The notes under the pieces were generated by a model. That model ran no database searches, was not told the DNA's origin, and saw only the letters and a list, made by a program, of their open reading frames with translations. The translations under genes were made by a program, and so were the position numbers. 64,000 bases of DNA from Ostrea edulis (Eukaryota): assembly GCF_947568905.1 (NCBI RefSeq), contig NC_079168.1:54250001-54314000 (forward strand), in the 5' to 3' direction. Position 1 is the first letter of the stretch, and each line of letters opens with the position of its first letter. Of this stretch, positions 1 to 10,678 are shown piece after piece.

Positions 1-355
1 AGCTTTTCTGGCTCAGTGGTTCTTGAGAAGAAGATTTTTCCTATATATTTGTATGTAAAACTTTGATCCCCCCTTGTGGCCCCATCCTACCCCCGGGGGC
101 CATAATTTGAACAAACTTGAATCTGCACTATGTCAGAAAGTTTTCATGTAAAAATCAGCTTTTCTGGCTCAGTGGTTCTTGAGAAGAAGATTTTTAAATG
201 ACCCCACCCTATTTTTGCATTTTTGTGATTATCTCCCCTTTGAAAGGGACATGGCCCTTCATTTGAACAAACTTGAAAGCCCTTCACCCAAGGATGCTTT
301 TGGCCATGTTTGGTTGAAATTGGCCCAGTGGTTCATGAGAAGAAGATGAAAATGT
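1..355. mobile_element. Fragment of abundant HINE-like interspersed repeat with tandem core
   Basis: Repeated cagcttttctggctcagtggttcttgagaagaagatttt unit; same family at 57665-58680 and inverted at about 29410-30325. Confidence 0.6.
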
Positions 356-357
356 GA

Positions 358-772
358 CAAGAGGCCCAGGGGCCTTATAGGTCACCTGAGTATCATGTAA
401 CAACCTTCCAATGTTTGAATTAGGTTTGTGTTTAAATATAAGAATTTTACTTTTGGATGGAAGAAACATTGAATAGCTATGTGGTCAGCCCCGCCTTTGC
501 ACCAGAACCCCTGACCCAGGGGGCCATAAATTTCAGTTTTGAAAGAAGCATCCTTGATCATCATTATCATACTATTAGTTTGTCTACTTAATACCCAGCA
601 GCAGAGGAGAAGATTTTCAAAGAAATAAAATGCATTTTCACTATATGATCAGTAGGGCCCCACCCTAATACCAGAACCCCTGACCCAGGGGCCATGAATT
701 TCACAATTTTGAAAGAGGCATCCTTGCTCATCATAACCATGCTATTGGTTTGTCTACTTAATACCCAAGGAC

Positions 773-822
<50 letters not shown>

Positions 823-2048
823 GAGCCCCACCCTAGCACCAGAACCCCTGATCCAGGGGCCATGAATTTCACAATTTTTAACAAGAGGTACTGTGAGCAA
901 TGCTCACTAAGAATACCCCCCGCTTACCCCAATCTCCCAAAGGGTGTTGGTAATAGGTATAAACTACCTCTTTTCTGAGTGTTGCTACTTCAATGTCCAG
1001 TGCACGTGACCTTTGACCTTTTGACCCCAAAATTGATAGGGATCATCTTCATCCATTGGGTAGTCCATATATATGATATGGTGACTGTAGGTGGAAAGGA
1101 TAACGCTTTAGAGCCCGGAAACCATATTGCTACTTCAATGTCCAGTGCGTGTGACCTTTGACCTTTTGACCCCAAAATTGATAGGGATCATCTTCATCCT
1201 ATGGGTAGTCCATAAGTATGATATGGTGACTGTAGGTGGAAAGGATAACACTTTAGAGCCCGGAAACCATATTGCTACTTCGATGTCCAGTGTGCTTGAC
1301 CTTTTGAACCCAAAATCGATAGGGAACATCTTCATCCCATGGGTAGTCCATATATATGATATGGTGATGGTAGGTGGAAAGGATAATGCTTTAGAGCCCG
1401 GAAACCATTGCGTCTACAGACGGACGGACGGACAGACAGACGGACAACCCGATTCCAGTATACCCCCCCACAACTTGTTGCGGGGGGTATAAAGAGGCAT
1501 CCTTGCTCATCATTACCATGCTATTAGTTTGTCTACTTAATACCCAGAGACAGAGAAGATTTTCAAAGAATTTCTACATTTTCACTGTATGACCAATAGA
1601 GCCCCACCCTAACACAAGAACCCCTGCCCCAGGGGCCATGAATTTCACAATTTTGGTAGAGGGCTCAAGGCTCATTATAATTATGCCCACAGTTTGGCTT
1701 CTTGATGTCTAGGAGTAAAGAAGAAGATTTTTTAAAATTACACTCATTTTGATGGTTTTTGCCCCACCCCTCAGGCCCCAGGGGGGCAGGGACCACGAAT
1801 TTCACAATTTTTGTTCCCCTCCACCCACAGATGCTATATGCCAAAATTGGTTGAAATTGGTTCAGGGGTTTCAGAGAAGAAGCTGAAAATGTTCAAATGT
1901 TAACGCACGACGACGGACAAAAACAGATAGCAATAGGTCACCTGAATGAATTCAGGTGACCTAAAAAGTTTACAGACAGACAGACGGACGCCGGACAAAA
2001 TGTGATCAGAAAAGCTCACCTGAACCTTCGGTTCAGGTGAGTTAAAAA
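358..2048 (-). mobile_element. HINE-like (Helentron-associated) element with tandem core, host of the 880-1492 insertion
   Basis: Begins acaagaggcccagggg..ggtcacctgag; tandem ccagaacccctgacccagggg units; (GACA)n microsatellite; terminal hairpin aagctcacctgaaccttcggttcaggtgagtt. Confidence 0.55.
880..1492 (-). mobile_element. HINE-like element with three 145-bp core repeats
   Basis: ttgctactt recurs at 982/1127/1272; (GACG/GACA)n; terminal taccccccc..ggggggta hairpin; near-identical inverted copy at 31039-31540. Confidence 0.7.
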
Positions 2049-3464
2049 TACATGCTTATCACAGTATCAGGTCTTATCACAGACAATATAAATTATATTC
2101 TTTAAATAAATCTTTGCCTAGGATAACCTATGAAAGTTTACAGATAGACAACGGAAAATGGGTGGTCAGAAAAGCTCACTTCAGCTAAAAACTGAAAAAT
2201 CTTTCTCATTTTTCAGAACAGTAAAGACACAATATTTCAAGATATATGCAAGCAATACCAAGTAGTGTAGAGTGGCAATATCAAGTAGTATAAAGTGCCC
2301 CAGCTTCCAACATTCATGCTAAATGATAACTAGGAAACCCCAAATAACTTATAGCTTCATTCTGGAGGGAGATAAAGTGTAGGTCTGAGACTTAGTTCTA
2401 CTTACAAGAATAACCAACAGAATTTACTTGAAACCAACATTAAATTTCTATGGCAATCCTTTAGTGAAAAGAAACTGAAACAGCTACTATAGATCTAGTG
2501 CTTGTGGTGTTTACCATGGTGTTTTATTTGCTTGCATGGTTTCATATCACTACATTTTCAAATGAATAGATGTGTGTAGATTTTCATGCCAAATTTGATA
2601 CCATTAAGGCTAGGACTATTTTTCAGGGTAGGGAATAAAAAAAAATCCTTGAGTCTTGGTTTCAAATGAGCTAAAATGTCCTATCTGATCACAAATCATG
2701 GCTGCCCCTGTTGCAATAGTGATCTCTCCAAAATGTAGCATGCTTTACAGGACAATAGATGCCTGTTTTAAGTTTGAACTGATGACATCTTTTCAAAATG
2801 TAGCATGCTTTACAGAACGATAGATGTCTGTTTTAAGTTTGAACTGATGACATGCACCCACTCTGGAAAAATATTCAAAAATAAAATTCAGTTAGGGCCA
2901 ATAGCTCTCCATCTTCCTAAGTCAAGGGTTTCTAATCCGCTCCACTCCACCTTGACTTGGGAAGATGTTAGCTCCCATGCCTCTAGGACAACAATGTGAG
3001 GAAGCAAGAACACAAGAGAGGGAATCCTAAGTTATAGTACTTGTGCCTCATCCCAATTGTTCATCTGAAGTTCAATATAATATTAATCAAATCAAAACAA
3101 GCATAGGGGAGAGAATGGTGGTTGATGATGTATTCTCACTTCCTGGCTCTCGCATTCTCTCTACCTACATGAATAAGAGAGCAAGAGAGAATGGCCCAGA
3201 GAGCAAAAAAGTAAGAGAGCAAGAACATGTTCTCACATTGCATTCTTATTCCTTTGTCACCCTAAAGGTGAAAGAGAGACAGAATCTGGTGGCCCCAAAA
3301 GAACACCATCCTACTAGATGCTAGGTAGACAAAGCATTTCAAAGGACTAACTTCTGCTCAGAATAAACCAAAAGCTATGATAAGTCATAGTTTACAGCAG
3401 ATTTGTTTGCTGACGTGATGTAAAAATCTATGATACAGAAATGTATTTTATCAAGAGAACTTAC

Positions 3465-3543
3465 TGATAGTAGTGTATAATACGAAACTCATTCCAACCA
3501 CATAACAGCAGGGTGTCTAAAGACAGCTTTGAAGTTCCTGATT
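3465..3543 (-). CDS. MAIP1: MAIP1-like coding exon 4 (tentative)
   Basis: ttttttag|AA...CA|gtaag; open in the phase-1 frame (ESGTSKLSLDTLLLCGWNEFRIIHYY); LLCGW resembles human LMCFW. Confidence 0.5.
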
Positions 3544-6500
3544 CTAAAAAACAAAACAAAAAATCTTTAATAGGCCTATGGGCCACATCACTCACATGGG
3601 CAGTTTATTTATTTTTTTTACCTTCACAAAATATACATAATCTAAACTTTTATCTCATTTTATTACTGTTAGTATTGGCCTCATAAGATTTTTGAAAATT
3701 CTCCAAAGGAAAATTTTCCTTCTTGTATTTAGGCCTTGTTGTGGCTTCATCCTTACTCCTCCAGAGGTATACTTCAGATATCATACTCTTTAATATACAC
3801 TACTTCTGAATTTAATCAAACATATACCAAATAGGATGCAGATCTCAAAAAATATTTTTCATATTATTCTTTTATATTTCTTTTGTAAAAATTCCAATCC
3901 ATATTGTGGCACCACTCTGTCCCCATATGAAATATCAGTAGTTTAAATTTTGAAACTATATTACAAGATGATGTCTGCAGAATCCTTGTGGTTTTTGAAA
4001 AATAGATATTTGATAAATTTTCAAATGCATTTCTTTGATAACTGTGGCCCCACAGCTTGAGCAAAATTGAATCTACACCACTTGAAAATGCTTGCATATT
4101 AATTTGTCAAAGTGCAGTCATGTGGTTCTAGAGAAGAATTTTTTCCTTTAATCCCTATTGTTGGCCCTCCTCTGGTCCTAGGGTCATAGTTTTAACAAAT
4201 TTCTAAACTATATGACATGAGGATGGTTGCACATTAATTCAACAATATTGTACACCCTTATTTTAGCCTCAGGGGTAATGGTTTGAAGACATTTTATGTT
4301 AGAAAAAAGAATGTTCGAACATGGCCCTCAGATTCAGGGTTTGAACAAATATGAATCTACATGCTGATATATCAATTGCTCCCTTGTGGCTCTTGAAACT
4401 TGTCAATGGATCTTCATTACATTACACAACTTTTACGCAAGTGGTCTTTTATTCCCCCCCCCCCCTTTCACTTCTTAAATGGTCTTACTTATCTCCCTTA
4501 TAATGGTGCTGCATTGTACTTTAAATATTTAACAAACTTGAATTTCCTAAGAATGATATGCCAACTTTGAATGAAAGTGGTATTGTAGTTCTTAAGAAGA
4601 AGTAGAACAAAGCTACAAAAGGCAGAAAACTTTGTTCAGAAAATATTAACTTTAGCATTCTGATTTCAGCTCAAGTGAGGTAAATCAGAAATTATTGTCT
4701 ATACACATGTGTATCCTATAATACAACATGAGCTACATTCTATTTTACCCCATTTTAGTATCACTTTATATCACATCATCATTCACCCACAGAACGGTAC
4801 TCTTACAAGAACACTTTTAGAATCCTTCCCCTTTATAGAGACTTATTGTAACCTAGATATTACTGGTTTTTAATGTGGCACTGATACACTATTCCAACAT
4901 ATATGCACATGTTGTCAGTTTAGAATCTAAGTCGATGTAGATTCACATTTTTCTCCTTATCAACCCAAATGCAGCTGAAATATTGGTATTTCTCATATTC
5001 TTGTTATTTGCTCAGCTATTCAAATTTCCTTATTCTGCTAATATATTTTTTTTCCAAAAATGTATTTCTGCAATACATTTCACAGATTTTGTAGACCTGA
5101 TGCTCAAAAACACATAATATATGTAGATCCAGAGGGGGTGGGGACCTTAAATAAGGCCATTTTTGTACATTAATTGTTATGTTTAGTTGTGAAATACATA
5201 ATTTTTGTACCAGTCCATGTTGAATCTCCATGGAATAAAATTATCAGGGTCACACACCCTTGGGAAAATTTCAGGATTCACATATATGCAAAACTTCTAT
5301 TTTGGATTGATTTAAAATATTTACGTCTTTGTTAACATACCTCCTTCATGTGAAATGAATGCATATTCAAATATCAATTATTCACGGTGCCCAAGTCTAA
5401 GAGGGGATCAAAATACAGATTTTTATTTCCAAATTGAAATGCATAAGGGAATAGTGTACAAGCATATACAGATACAGGCCACCTCTAAAAGTATTCATTT
5501 ATTTCATCACAGGTCAACAACACCCCCACCTACCTAAGTCCAGATTAGTCCCCAACTAAAAGGGAAAAATTGCATAAACAGTTGTTAATTTTTTTTATGC
5601 ATCATTCATTCTGTTGCTGCACCTAATTGGGGGTTTTGGGGAATATATAATTCTAGTCACTTACCTGTATTTTCTATTTCCTTAAATGAATGCCAATCAA
5701 ACTTTCTGACAGCTGGATCTTCTGAAATTGGATATATCCAAGAGGTTGTTGCCAATTTGCCTTCAAGATGATTTAGAACCTATAGAAATATACATACATT
5801 GGCTGTTTATCTCTAATCACATTTAAAGTGATGAATCTTCTTCAAAACCATTAGAGATATATTTAAGATAGTCTGTTGGTTTAGTACACAACTTATCTGG
5901 GGTAGTAGTTGAAAAATTTTGTGGACAACAAAACAAGTGGCTGACAAACTTTGATCGACATACTATGCAAGTAAGCAAGTAATGTAAAATTACCAATATT
6001 TGTGGGGAATAAATTTCCTTGGTACGGACATACCCATTCATAGAAAGGAGGAGGGGGGGGGGGGGGGGGGCAGAAAAGGGGATCCACCTCTCCTGCTCCC
6101 ACCTCCTCACTTCCATTCCCTTCTTTCTCACTTTACTCTATTCTCTTCCCTCTCACCCCATTCCTTGTCTCCACTCTTACCCTGACCACTCTCTCCCCAC
6201 TGTTAATTCAAATCCTTCATCATATGGAGAAAGTGATCTACCCCACAAATAATTTGGCAAAATTAGAGTTGATGCACTATTTGGCATCAACATAATTTGG
6301 CACTTCTATGTAGAATCATGAATAAATAAGAGAATTAAATTTCAGATTCTAATGCATACATGAATAACACACTCACTTCACAGCTAGTAAAATTTGAATC
6401 CCACTAAAATAATTACAGTACTCCCATGTTTTACTCCGACTCTAAACTCAATAACTACATGTACATCGGTTATAATTTTCTCAAGAGACAAGTTCTTGTA

Positions 6501-9436
6501 CATATGCTTGTATCACTTTAATATGTATACTACTTAATTTAATAGTTTTAGTAAAACTGCATTTAATCAATACATTACCTCACTATCAATCATTCCCTGA
6601 AGTTTATCAAACTGCTTCTTTGTAATCATATCTGAAACAATTGACATGGCCTGCAACCAAAAAATGGAAATGAGTTTCAGTCAAATTTTAAAAATAGCAT
6701 AATATACATTCTTTCATATACATTGTAATAGCAAAATCATCCATTGTCAGAGGTCCTACATTCATTACAGTTCTAAAGTTGCACAAAATCATACATTGTT
6801 TGAGGTCCTACATTCATTACAGTTCTAGAGTCACACACAATCATACATTGTTTGAGGTCCTACATTCATTACAGTTCTAGAGTTGCACACAATCATGCAT
6901 TGTCAGAGGTCCTACATTCATTACAGTTCTTGAGTTGCACACAATCATACATTGTTTGAGGTCCTACATTCATTACAGTTCTAGAGCTGCACACAATCAT
7001 ACATTGTTTGAGGTCCTACATTCATTACAGTTCTAGAGTTGCACACAATCATGCATTGTCAGAGGTCCTACATTCATTACAGTTCTAGAGTTGCACACAA
7101 TCATACATTGTTTGAGGTCCTACATTCATTACAGTTCTAGAGCTGCACACAATCATACATTGTTTGAGGTCCTACATTCATTACAGTTCTAGAGTTGCAC
7201 ACAATCATACATTGTCAGAGGTCCTACATTCATTACAGTTCTAGAGTCACACACAATCATACATTGTCAGAGGTCCTACATTCATTACAGTTCTAGAGTC
7301 ATACACAATCATACATTGTCAGAGGTCCTACATTCATTACAGTTCTAGAGTCACACACAATCATACATTGTCAGAGGTCCTACATTCATTACAGTTCTAG
7401 AGTCACACACAATCATACATTGTCAGAGGTCCTACATTCATTGCAGTTCTAGAGTCATACACAATCACTAAAGAACAGTATTTTACAAATTATATTTCAA
7501 CCGACTTAAGATATATGAGCACTATCACCAATTTGTTTTACAATCTGTCTCTGTTATTCCCATGACAAGAATTGGTATTCAAATACTAATTAGTCACAGT
7601 ATTACTTTTAAAAATCAAAAACCATAATGCTGTTGAATAATGCAACATATCTTTTAAAGATATCGTATGCAAATCAAAGCATATCAAGTTAATGCAACCT
7701 GCACAATATTCTTTGGGTAACAACTCATAAATGTTCGAGGATATACAATGTACATCATTACACTAGAAATTCAAAGTTTAAACTTTATCTATTTTATAAC
7801 AATTAGCAAACATATTCCACAACTTATATTAATGCTTCTTGTCAGCTCAGATATTTGCATGAAAGGGTCATTGATGTGGGAGGAAACCAGAGTACCCAGA
7901 TGAAACCCTGGTGTCCAAGTAGGAAACCACATCAACCTATCGCATACAACCACTGCCGTTCCTTAGGATTGAACTTTGGTCGCAGCAGCGAGAAGCAAGT
8001 CTGTTCAGTACTACACTACCTGGACAACTAGAAGCACAACACATGAATGCTCCATAACATACACAAAGATTGTCTCATAGATCAAGTAATTAAATATATC
8101 AACTTTGAAGTTCAAGTAATGTATTATCAAAAGACTAGCTATGCTGCACTTGCCCCATTGACATCCTCAAAATATTAACAAGTCTGAAGAATTGATTCAT
8201 AATCAAACCTACCAAAACCCCTTTAGTCAACTTTTTTTCTTTAGCTTAAATAGTAAATACCAAGATGCCCCATGAATGCTCAAGAGGTCATTTCCATTGA
8301 GGTACTTACTATGGAATTGTAGAGGTTTGTGTGAGGGAGTGTGTGAAGAAGTACCAGGAGAAAACCCATGTGTCTACCACACCCTCTTAAAACCACTGCT
8401 TTATGTAAATTAAACCTAAATCACAGAGGTGGGAAGTGAGCATGATACCCAGACACTGGGGGACCCTCACTACATGAACTTTAACCTAAGCTATATAGAT
8501 TTAAAACCTCTTCAATAGATTAACTTAGCTATTCTAATATTACACTTGTTATAATGGTACTCATAAATATGCATTTATCCAGACTAAACTAAAAGCCATA
8601 TTTTAGTGATAGAATGAATCATCACCTTTCACTATTCTAGGCAAACTGCCTTCAGAATTTTTTCTCAGTGTGTAGATCTATTAAGAGGAGCAGAAAGTGG
8701 TAAAAGATGGTTTGAGACTACATTCAGCAATGGTCTTGTTTATTAGCTGTTACATTAATAATGACCAAGATGGTCAATAAAATCTTACAATATTAAGTGA
8801 TCATACTTGTAAATGTCTCAACACACATACAGAGACATTGTAATTTATTACTGAGAAGCATCGAATAGATACAGTTTCATGGACATACTATTTGGATATA
8901 GGTCAATAGAAAAAACAGATAACAAGTCTATCATCAAGAGGCCACTTTTTCTTAGGTTATAACTTATATTCATAACAAAAAAGCTACGTCAGGCTATGAT
9001 GAATAGCTTGATGAATAATGAAGTCCTAATATGTTTTTCAAAGTTATATTGCTAATTAAGTTATTATTGTGCTGGACCTCATATTTTAGAAGTAAATCAG
9101 GAAGTCCTTTGAAGGAAAATGAATATGCACCTCTTCACATCCTTTAAGAGCATCTCTAAACTTAAAGCTAGGGTGTTGAAAAAAGAAAACAAATGCTCTT
9201 AGTCGTCCTTTTATATATTCCCCCAGCATAGGGCTTCTGAATTTTTCAGTTGGATCACACAATATATGACGGACTGTGAAACATCTGGAGGTTGTGTAAA
9301 ACGTTGAGCATCGGTTGTGAGTAAAGTCACTTTCGTCATGATTAAATGTTTTTTGTAGCAGGCCTCTGTACTGCAAGGAACTCCTGTTGCATAAACTTGA
9401 CAGAGCGAAAGGCCTCGCAACCTTCTTCAGTATCAT
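3465..9436 (-). CDS. MAIP1: MAIP1/C2orf47-like mitochondrial m-AAA protease-interacting protein (spliced; 3' end unresolved)
   Basis: Exons 9436-9131, 6650-6579, 5779-5665 and (tentative) 3543-3465 join in frame with GT-AG. Basic N-terminal presequence-like segment, then RSPMLGEYIKGRLRAFVFFFQHPSFKFRDALKGCEE/AMSIVSDMITKKQFDKLQGMIDSE/VLNHLEGK, which parallels recalled human MAIP1 NPINWVRTRIKAFLIWAYFDKEF..GAKQ/AFAHVSKLLSQCKFDLLEELVAKE/VLHALKEK. Confidence 0.7.
5665..5779 (-). CDS. MAIP1: MAIP1-like coding exon 3
   Basis: tatag|GTT...ACAG|gtaag; 115 nt, VLNHLEGKLATTSWIYPISEDPAVRKFDWHSFKEIENT, ends phase 1. Confidence 0.7.
6579..6650 (-). CDS. MAIP1: MAIP1-like coding exon 2
   Basis: ttgcag|GCC...GAG|gtaa; 72 nt, AMSIVSDMITKKQFDKLQGMIDSE. 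Confidence 0.78.
6735..7468. repeat. 52-bp minisatellite, 14 copies
   Basis: gaggtcc recurs every 52 bp from 6750 to 7426. Confidence 0.95.
7860..8032 (-). mobile_element. Degenerate tRNA-derived SINE (CORE-like)
   Basis: Reverse strand shows A-box-like TAGTGTAGT, B-box-like AGTTCAATCC and gggtactctggtttcctcccac; a related relic lies at about 8340-8460. Confidence 0.5.
9131..9436 (-). CDS. MAIP1: MAIP1-like coding exon 1 (102 codons)
   Basis: ORF 9086..9436; donor GAG|gtgcat at 9130, phase 0. Confidence 0.78.
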
Positions 9437-9933
9437 ATTTTGTCCGTTGAATTCCGAACTCGATGTTATTTTATAACAATTTGATCCCGATAAAAAATAG
9501 CTATAGGGGGGGGGGGGGGGGGGCTAGAAAAATAAAATATATAATAATTATTTAATTTTTTTATTTATTAAATAATAGATATTTCCATTTCAAATCTATA
9601 AAACAATTTACCACTCTGGTGAAATGAAAGAAAAATGTTTGAATGAAGAACATCCTTAGCGTAGTAGATCTATTTCAAAATTTCTTTTGACAAAATTTTT
9701 GATCAAGCCAATCTTACTGTTAGAATATCCCTTAACTTTCTATACCGTTAACGCGTTTAAAGGCAAATTAAATACTACTAGTCTATGCATGTAGTTGCCT
9801 GAATACATGAAGAATGATTAGGAAGCGATAATCAAGGACTACACATATAGGGCTTTTTGTGGACTCGGAGAGTTGCAGTTTCAACATCTTCAGCTTCAAA
9901 TACGTGGTCGCCTGCTACATCTCTTACGATTGA

Positions 9934-9941
9934 TGACGTCA
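9934..9941. promoter_or_regulatory. CRE (CREB/ATF) palindrome
   Basis: TGACGTCA exact; followed by TGACG half sites. Confidence 0.45.
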
Positions 9942-10358
9942 TAAATTGACGATGACGCGCTGTAATATATCTAACATTCTTTTGAAATATTCTAGATTAT
10001 GGCCAAAACTGCAATAAAATGAAACTCGATACATATCTCTGCTCTGATTTATGAGATGTAAACATTAAATGCAATTAGTTTTTTTTTAAAATTATCTCGC
10101 CCTTTTTACTGTAAATAGTAAGCTCTAATATTACAACAAATGATTTTCCCACAATTCATTTCGTTTCAAAGTCGGAGGTGATGTCATCTTCGTAAACCCA
10201 ACTAATATTTATAGAAGTGCACTCATTGTAGTAATTTTTCGTTAGTTTCATGCGGAATTACACCCCTATTATGTGCAGGTCCATCCGTTGAGAGACCCTT
10301 TCGTGAAAACAGGTTCGTGAAAACTGCTAATCCAAGGTAACCCCGAGTATCCGGATTG

Positions 10359-10366
10359 TGACGTCA
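10359..10366. promoter_or_regulatory. CRE (CREB/ATF) palindrome
   Basis: TGACGTCA exact, about 95 bp upstream of the ARIH1 ATG. Confidence 0.45.
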
Positions 10367-10459
10367 CAGATGTAAATACGACAGACTTTATGTCCTGAAC
10401 AAAGCTACGAAAGATATAATTTTGCTTCTTTTTTAGTAGAATTTTGCCAGTAAGCGAAA

Positions 10460-10678
10460 ATGGATAGTGATGATGGTTTTATGGACTATGATGAACAGTC
10501 AGGGGATGAGGAAATTAGTGAAGAGGACGACGACTTCGTGGAAATGGGCCTCGAAGCTGAACCAAGTACAACACAGGACAAACGAGAGGCAGAAGAATTT
10601 GCGTATGAAGTACTGCCAGCTGATCAAATAGTACAGTTTATGGTGGATTGTATAAAAGAAGTCAATGCTGTAGTACAG
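10460..10678 (+). CDS. ARIH1: ARIH1 exon 1
   Basis: MDSDD...AVVQ, CAG|gtgaat. Confidence 0.93.

Larger units (their letters stand above)
9437..10459. promoter_or_regulatory. Putative bidirectional promoter between MAIP1-like and ARIH1
   Basis: Two divergent start codons 1023 bp apart; CpG visibly more frequent than in flanking introns; two perfect TGACGTCA sites. Confidence 0.6.

Noticed and set aside
979-1492. ORFs MLLQCPV... and MGSKGQRS... (also 30912-31604)
   Set aside because: Translations of HINE core repeats, not genes.
2230-2700. Candidate MAIP1-like terminal exons (HECWKLGHF; SFETKTQG)
   Set aside because: Wrong phase, in-frame stops, or only chance-level similarity.
2725-2856. 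65-bp tandem duplication containing CTGATGA (snoRNA box C or hammerhead core?)
   Set aside because: No matching D-box/terminal stem or GAAA core with stems; treated as a simple duplication. Similar small duplications occur at about 16690-16755 and 26365-26472.
4900-5400. Candidate extra MAIP1-like exons (acceptors near 5397, 5097 and 4975; donor at 5340)
   Set aside because: All hit stop codons quickly in the required phase and show no MAIP1 resemblance.
5823-6252. Poly-Pro/poly-Gly ORFs (also 29943-30242 and 46483-46665)
   Set aside because: Created by G/C homopolymer runs; run lengths are also error-prone.
6735-7468. Regular repeat arrays superficially like CRISPR (also 23370-24320 and 48400-52372)
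   Set aside because: Head-to-tail units with no unique spacers, no cas genes, eukaryotic intronic context.
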